Of a stretch of DNA of 64,000 nt, positions 62,717 through 64,000 are shown one piece after another (positions within the stretch are counted from its first letter, which is position 1; each line of letters opens with the position of its first letter). Position numbers and translations under genes: made by a program. The stretch is from Octopus sinensis (Eukaryota): positions 3,472,001 through 3,536,000 of the forward strand of contig NC_043008.1 in assembly GCF_006345805.1 (NCBI RefSeq), given 5' to 3'. The notes under the pieces are model-generated. The model did no database searches and was not told where the DNA came from. It was given only the letters and a program-made list of their open reading frames with translations.

Positions 62717-62781
62717 GAACCAGTCAAGTGCGAGGGAAAATTAAACCAACTAAAATCCTCTTCGAAATGTGGGTCCTTGTA
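62717..62781 (-). CDS. candidate coding exon (65 nt, phase 0 to 2)
   Basis: Very strong acceptor gttgttttcctgtgatttctccctttag, donor TC|GTATGT; YKDPHFEEDFSWFNFPSHLTG(S) joins in frame to 60731. A competing plus-strand exon model overlaps it. Confidence 0.3.
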
Positions 62782-62888
62782 CTAAAGGGAGAAATCACAG
62801 GAAAACAACGATTCCTTTTGGAGAGAGAACTCCGAACGATTCCCGCTTTATAGTAAGTCTCGGTTGTAACTTCATGGCAGACTTAAGC

Positions 62889-62958
<70 letters not shown>

Positions 62959-63074
62959 CAAACCGCTTCAACTGTTAGAAAGCCAGTTGTGTATATGTGT
63001 GTGTGTTTTTCTGGGTGTGGGCGTGTGTACGGGTGTAAATGTGCGTGTCTGCACATGCGTGATTGTGAGTCATT

Positions 63075-63275
63075 TTGTGTTTGTGGTGTTCTCCACCAAC
63101 GCTAGATGACCGGGCTTGTTTACGTACCCGTACCCTAGCGGTGGGCCAAAAGATACCGTTCTATTAAATACCATATTTAAAAATAGAAATTATGTTCAAT
63201 TTGTTCGACTAAAGTCACCAAAGCGGTGCTCCAGCATTGCCGTGGCCCAGTGAATAAGATAAGTAAAGGAGTAAA
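63075..63275 (+). mobile_element. SINE family B 3' half
   Basis: gtttacgtacccgtaccctagcggtgggccaaaag..gttcgactaa..gcggtgctccagcattgccg. Confidence 0.75.
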
Positions 63276-63869
63276 CGAAACATAAAGATACAAGCATCAC
63301 TTTTCTCTTTGTTTCTATATTTTCACATTTCAGCTCATAGTTTCCTTCCTAACCCGAGCATCACTCAGCAACCGAGTCGCAGGCAAACCATCAGTATATA
63401 TGTTTCTCTTGGGGATCTTGAAAACAAGCCGTGAAGCGAAATGTAAGCCCTCTATATTTCAGATTAAATAAATATCATATTTTATATTTGTGTTCATTTC
63501 CTTCATGAAGTTGACGTCATGTGATTTAGCAAATATATATGTGTGTGTCTATGTGTGTTTGTGTATGAGTGTATGCGTATGTGAATGAAAATTTGCGTTT
63601 CGATGTATAACAGTGTGCACTTCTGTATTTATGGAAGTAATACTACACAAGTTGAGTGTTTTGTTTACGATTGTATTTTCATAATCTACCTCTTTTACTC
63701 TCTCTCTCTCTCTCGATTTATATCTCTCCAAATGTGTGTGTATCTATGTACGTATATATGTATATATGTATTCACGCGCACACACACACACAAACACATT
63801 CACACAGCCATAGACACACACAGATATATATGTATATGTGTATATATGTATATATACATATACAATATA

Positions 63870-63880
63870 CATATACATCT

Positions 63881-63929
<49 letters not shown>

Positions 63930-63975
63930 ATGATAGATAGATAGATAGATAGATAGGTAGATAGATAGATAGATA
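63870..63975. repeat. (GATA)n
   Basis: Directly visible. Confidence 0.97.
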
Positions 63976-64000
63976 CATAGACAGATAAATATGTATGTAT

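Noticed and set aside
62660-62852. Plus-strand exon model (ttctaag|..TTTATA|GTAAGT, 63 open codons QISMEYILSFPADS..RTIPAL)
   Set aside because: It has good splice sites but overlaps the minus-strand candidate that is phase-compatible with the Pro-rich exon, and has no partner exon. Demoted rather than disproved; RNA-seq would decide.
11750-63978. Many 60-160 aa ORFs rich in YI/CV/HT/YLSI/NNN repeats (e.g. 13648-14124, 17462-17881, 19823-20275, 38142-38531)
   Set aside because: They are translations of stop-free microsatellites, not genes.

Overview
AT-rich, repeat-dense eukaryotic (animal) genomic DNA. I infer an octopod cephalopod from the SINE families and the microsatellite load, with no database check. 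There is no intact multi-domain gene, rRNA, tRNA gene or CRISPR array, and most ORFs in the supplied track are microsatellite artefacts. The window holds about 30 tRNA-derived SINE copies or fragments from at least three families, and a head-to-tail stack of R4/Dong-type (RLE) non-LTR retrotransposon fragments on (AAT)n. It also has RTE and Tx1/L1-type LINE remnants, two decayed Tc1/mariner transposons, two MITEs and a non-autonomous Helitron. The only likely host coding sequence is a few candidate minus-strand exons at 53-63 kb, one of them proline-rich. The most notable unannotated signal is a set of type I hammerhead-ribozyme motifs (CUGANGA / stem II / GAAA / short or palindromic stem III / stem I). 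They occur in at least four unrelated short repeats that mostly abut (TA)n arrays and resemble termini of Penelope-like elements or retrozyme-like non-autonomous elements. Two related subfamilies show a compensatory base-pair swap. Many repeat boundaries are approximate and all structures were folded by eye.
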